Shown in pieces: positions 21,683-24,000 of a stretch of 24,000 bases of DNA. Numbering within the stretch: position 1 is the stretch's first letter; the number at the start of each line of letters is the position of its first letter. The stretch comes from Candidatus Bathyarchaeota archaeon ex4484_135 (GTDB lineage Archaea; Thermoproteota; Bathyarchaeia; EX4484-135): the NCBI GenBank assembly GCA_002255025.1, contig NJEJ01000003.1, positions 3,132 to 27,131 on the forward strand, read 5' to 3'. The position numbers were made by a program, and so were the translations under genes. The notes beneath the pieces are model-generated. The model saw nothing but the letters and a program-made list of their open reading frames with translations. It did not search any database and had not been told where the DNA came from.

Positions 21683-22714
21683 GTGGGCCCAGGGACGGAG
21701 CCCTTGAAGTTCCTCATCTATGGGTACGGCGACGTAGTTCAGAACCGGATGGAAAAAGCCCTAAAGAAGCTGGACATCAAATTCGCCATAGTTGAGGTAG
21801 ACGAGGCTAAGATGGAGAAGGCCCGCCAGAAGGGCATAACCGCCTATAAATACGGTGAGGAAGACCCTTACATAAAACAGTTCAACGCCGTTATAATAGC
21901 GACGCCGCCTGACAGGCACTTTGAGCCCTTCAGGAAAGCTATCGACAACAGCGTGCCGGTCATGGTGGAGAAACCGTTAGCACATGACCTAGAAACAGCG
22001 AAGAAGATGAGAAATATGGCAGAGGGAAGACGCCTGGTCTGCATGGCGATAGACCACTATGTTCTCAAGTTCTTCGAGAACACATCAGCTAGGAAGGACC
22101 ACCCCGTCTTCATATCTGACGATAGGGACCTAGGTCTCAAAGCCGTGGGGAAGGATATGCCTCCCATGCCCGATTATGGCTGGGTCAACAGGATCGTCAG
22201 GAACCTGGTCACGAGGTCCCTTGTCCTCATGCTCAGGAACCTCTTGAGCATGTTGAACGAGGAGATAATGGAACGTGGGATAAGGTACAGGGGTATTTTG
22301 CCCGGCGGTGGCTACGAGGACCTGTTGAGGAGAGCTCACCATGATTTAGAAGAACTCTACAACCTGAGGGCCATAAGATACCCAATATGGAGGATGACCA
22401 TGCTCGATACCATAGATAGGTTAGGCGTGGACGAGCTCTACGAGAACCTTAAGGACAGGCTTGACGCGTTGGACAAATTCATAACGGTGGCCAGCCACAG
22501 GAGGCTCCAGCTCCTCTTCCTGATACTTACGCTCGTTACCATTTTCATATCTACTTCCGCCCTCATATTGCAGGAGATAGTGGAATCCCTTGTGGCAGCA
22601 GGCTTCCCGCTAGTCCTGGCCAGTTTTACGGCCTTCTTCCTGACGGCACTGGCCATAATTGTGATTTACTACGCTATCTATGCCCTCACGTCACGTATCA
22701 GGGTCCGCACCTGA
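21683..22714 (+). CDS. Hypothetical membrane-anchored protein: Gfo/Idh/MocA-like NAD(P)-binding N-terminal domain, a helical middle region and two C-terminal TM helices
   Basis: 343 aa. Residues ~8-125 (KFLIYGYGDVVQN...AVIIATPPDRHFEPFRKAIDNSVPVMVEKPLAHDLETAKKM) match the oxidoreductase N-terminal Rossmann pattern. The usual C-terminal alpha/beta domain is absent. The tail LQLLFLILTLVTIFISTSALIL...FPLVLASFTAFFLTALAIIVIYYAIYAL is clearly two TM segments. GC is about 45-48% in two hand-counted lines. Confidence 0.5.
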   Translation: MGPGTEPLKFLIYGYGDVVQNRMEKALKKLDIKFAIVEVDEAKMEKARQKGITAYKYGEEDPYIKQFNAVIIATPPDRHFEPFRKAIDNSVPVMVEKPLAHDLETAKKMRNMAEGRRLVCMAIDHYVLKFFENTSARKDHPVFISDDRDLGLKAVGKDMPPMPDYGWVNRIVRNLVTRSLVLMLRNLLSMLNEEIMERGIRYRGILPGGGYEDLLRRAHHDLEELYNLRAIRYPIWRMTMLDTIDRLGVDELYENLKDRLDALDKFITVASHRRLQLLFLILTLVTIFISTSALILQEIVESLVAAGFPLVLASFTAFFLTALAIIVIYYAIYALTSRIRVRT

Positions 22715-22737
22715 CGCGACCCTCAGGGGGATGGCTG

Positions 22738-23886
22738 TTGAAGGCCGATGTGGCCGTGATAGGTGCTGGCCCAGCCGGTTCATCAGCTACGGCTGTCTTG
22801 GCCCGCGAGGGCTTTGACGTCGTCTTATTGGAAGAACACGCTAGGCCTGGCGTACCGCAGCACTGTGCTGGCATGTTGACGAAGGAGGCCTGCCGTAGGT
22901 TGGGCATAAGGGTCCCGAGAGGAGTTGTTCAATCCGAGCCAAGTCATGTGGTTATCCATTACGGCTCTACGTCCTTTAAGGCTAGGTTAGATATGTATGT
23001 ATTGGATAGGGCTTCATTCGACCAGTACATGGCCGAAACAGCCGTAGAAGCCGGTGCTGAACTCCTAACAGGCCATAAGGTGATTGGGATGCGTAGGTCC
23101 GGCCATGGCTGGCTTTTGAGCGTGAGAGGCGGTCCTGAGCTGGCATCTGAACTCGTTATAGGTGCTGATGGCTATAAGGCCCTTAGCCTTAGATGGGCTG
23201 GCCTTGAAAGGCCATCGGAAGTTGCTTCCTGCCTCCAGTACGAGCTTAAGCTAGATCGTGAGGTTGACCAGGACATAGTGGTCTGCTACTTCGGTTCCTC
23301 GGTAGCCCCGGGAGGATATGCTTGGGTGGTCCCAATAGGCAATAAAGCTGTCAGGGTGGGGTTGGGTGTCAGGAAGGCCTCAAAACCAGCCCGTTTTTAC
23401 TTAGATGCCTTCGTAAAGAAAGAGTTCCCGAACTCTAAGATAGTGAAGCGGATGGCGGGCCTTGTCTCGACAAGCGGTCCCGTAGTCCCGAATTACACGG
23501 GAGCCTACCTGGCAGTTGGGGAAGCAGCTGGCCACGTAAACCCGCTGACAGGTGCCGGCATAGCTTCCTCCATGGTCTCTGGTCGAATAGCCGGCCTCAT
23601 AGCCTCGAGGGCCTTGGAAGAAGGGGACTTCTCGGCCCTAAGGCTATCGGAACATTACACCACTTGGAGGTCCGTAGTAGGTCGTTATCACGAACTGGCC
23701 ATGGAAGTCCGTAGGGCCCTCGAGTCCCTGACGAGCGAGGAACTCGCCTGCTTGGTCAAAGACATGTCGCGAGGAAGTAGCAAAAGCCGGCTTTCCCTCA
23801 CGGCCTTAAGTCTGTTGGCGAGGAATCCCAAGTTCGTCAAGTTCTTGCTCAAGGTGAGGGAGCTTAAGGTAGCCTTATGCCTCTGA
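22738..23886 (+). CDS. FAD-dependent oxidoreductase, geranylgeranyl reductase family
   Basis: 382 aa. N-terminal dinucleotide fold DVAVIGAGPAGSSATAVLAREGFDVVLLEE, plus the blocks GADG, YAWVVP and GEAAGHVNPLTGAGI typical of GGR/FixC-like flavoproteins. TTG start. Confidence 0.75.
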   Translation: MKADVAVIGAGPAGSSATAVLAREGFDVVLLEEHARPGVPQHCAGMLTKEACRRLGIRVPRGVVQSEPSHVVIHYGSTSFKARLDMYVLDRASFDQYMAETAVEAGAELLTGHKVIGMRRSGHGWLLSVRGGPELASELVIGADGYKALSLRWAGLERPSEVASCLQYELKLDREVDQDIVVCYFGSSVAPGGYAWVVPIGNKAVRVGLGVRKASKPARFYLDAFVKKEFPNSKIVKRMAGLVSTSGPVVPNYTGAYLAVGEAAGHVNPLTGAGIASSMVSGRIAGLIASRALEEGDFSALRLSEHYTTWRSVVGRYHELAMEVRRALESLTSEELACLVKDMSRGSSKSRLSLTALSLLARNPKFVKFLLKVRELKVALCL

Positions 23887-24000
23887 GGGCATGATTTCCT
23901 CTAGGGCCTTCCTCAGCTCTTCCTCGCTTAAGGTCCCATCGAGCACTTTATCTCCTATTCTCACGGCCGGAGCCTTCTTGACACCGGCCAGCTTGGCCTT
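23875..24000 (-). CDS. 3' end of a minus-strand gene truncated by the window edge; possibly a small thioredoxin/glutaredoxin-fold protein
   Basis: My hand translation of the minus strand gives ...KAKLAGVKKAPAVRIGDKVLDGTLSEEELRKALEEIMPSEA-stop (TAA at 23877-23875). The pattern resembles C-termini of small redox-active disulfide proteins. Only 41 codons are visible. It overlaps the tail of the preceding gene by 12 nt. Confidence 0.3.
   Translation of the reverse strand, partial: KAKLAGVKKAPAVRIGDKVLDGTLSEEELRKALEEIMPSEA

Noticed and set aside
1-24000. CRISPR arrays, rRNA genes, IS elements or transposases, and integrases
   Set aside because: I saw no regularly spaced direct repeats of 24-40 nt. 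No ORF has DDE transposase or tyrosine/serine recombinase hallmarks. No rRNA-like sequence was recognised.

Overview
Archaeal chromosomal segment of crenarchaeal/Thermoproteota type. Evidence: a group II chaperonin, Orc1/Cdc6, a ThiD-ThiN fusion, split GcvP, an intron-containing tRNA, TATA boxes about 25-30 nt upstream of start codons, and heavy AGG/ATA codon use. GC is roughly 58-65% in most 60-nt lines I counted by hand, with several pockets at 43-50%. Most of the window is densely packed housekeeping genes on both strands: thiDN, moaC, a QueG-like Fe-S protein, metG, a PHP phosphoesterase, an RHH regulator, a MiaB/MtaB-type methylthiotransferase, etfBA, a fucose-isomerase-like protein, a thermosome subunit, a TauE permease, a class V aminotransferase, an ADP-ribosylglycohydrolase, gcvPA/gcvPB and a geranylgeranyl-reductase-family flavoprotein. 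Three regions stand out. (1) The ~480-bp gap next to orc1/cdc6 (17.6-18.2 kb) carries three full ORB-type origin recognition boxes, so it is very probably a replication origin. It also holds further short repeats and is flanked by a small winged-helix ORF. (2) An over-represented TTGGTCG-core word family clusters around that origin and includes a perfect 16-bp inverted repeat. (3) A small islet lies between tRNA-Glu and tRNA-Trp (11.7-13.4 kb). It has a low-GC orphan ORF and a free-standing LAGLIDADG endonuclease, and the tRNA-Trp 3' end (T-arm, acceptor strand and CCA) is perfectly duplicated in tandem. I saw no CRISPR array, rRNA or obvious transposase. All function calls rest on motif recognition by eye, since no searches were possible.
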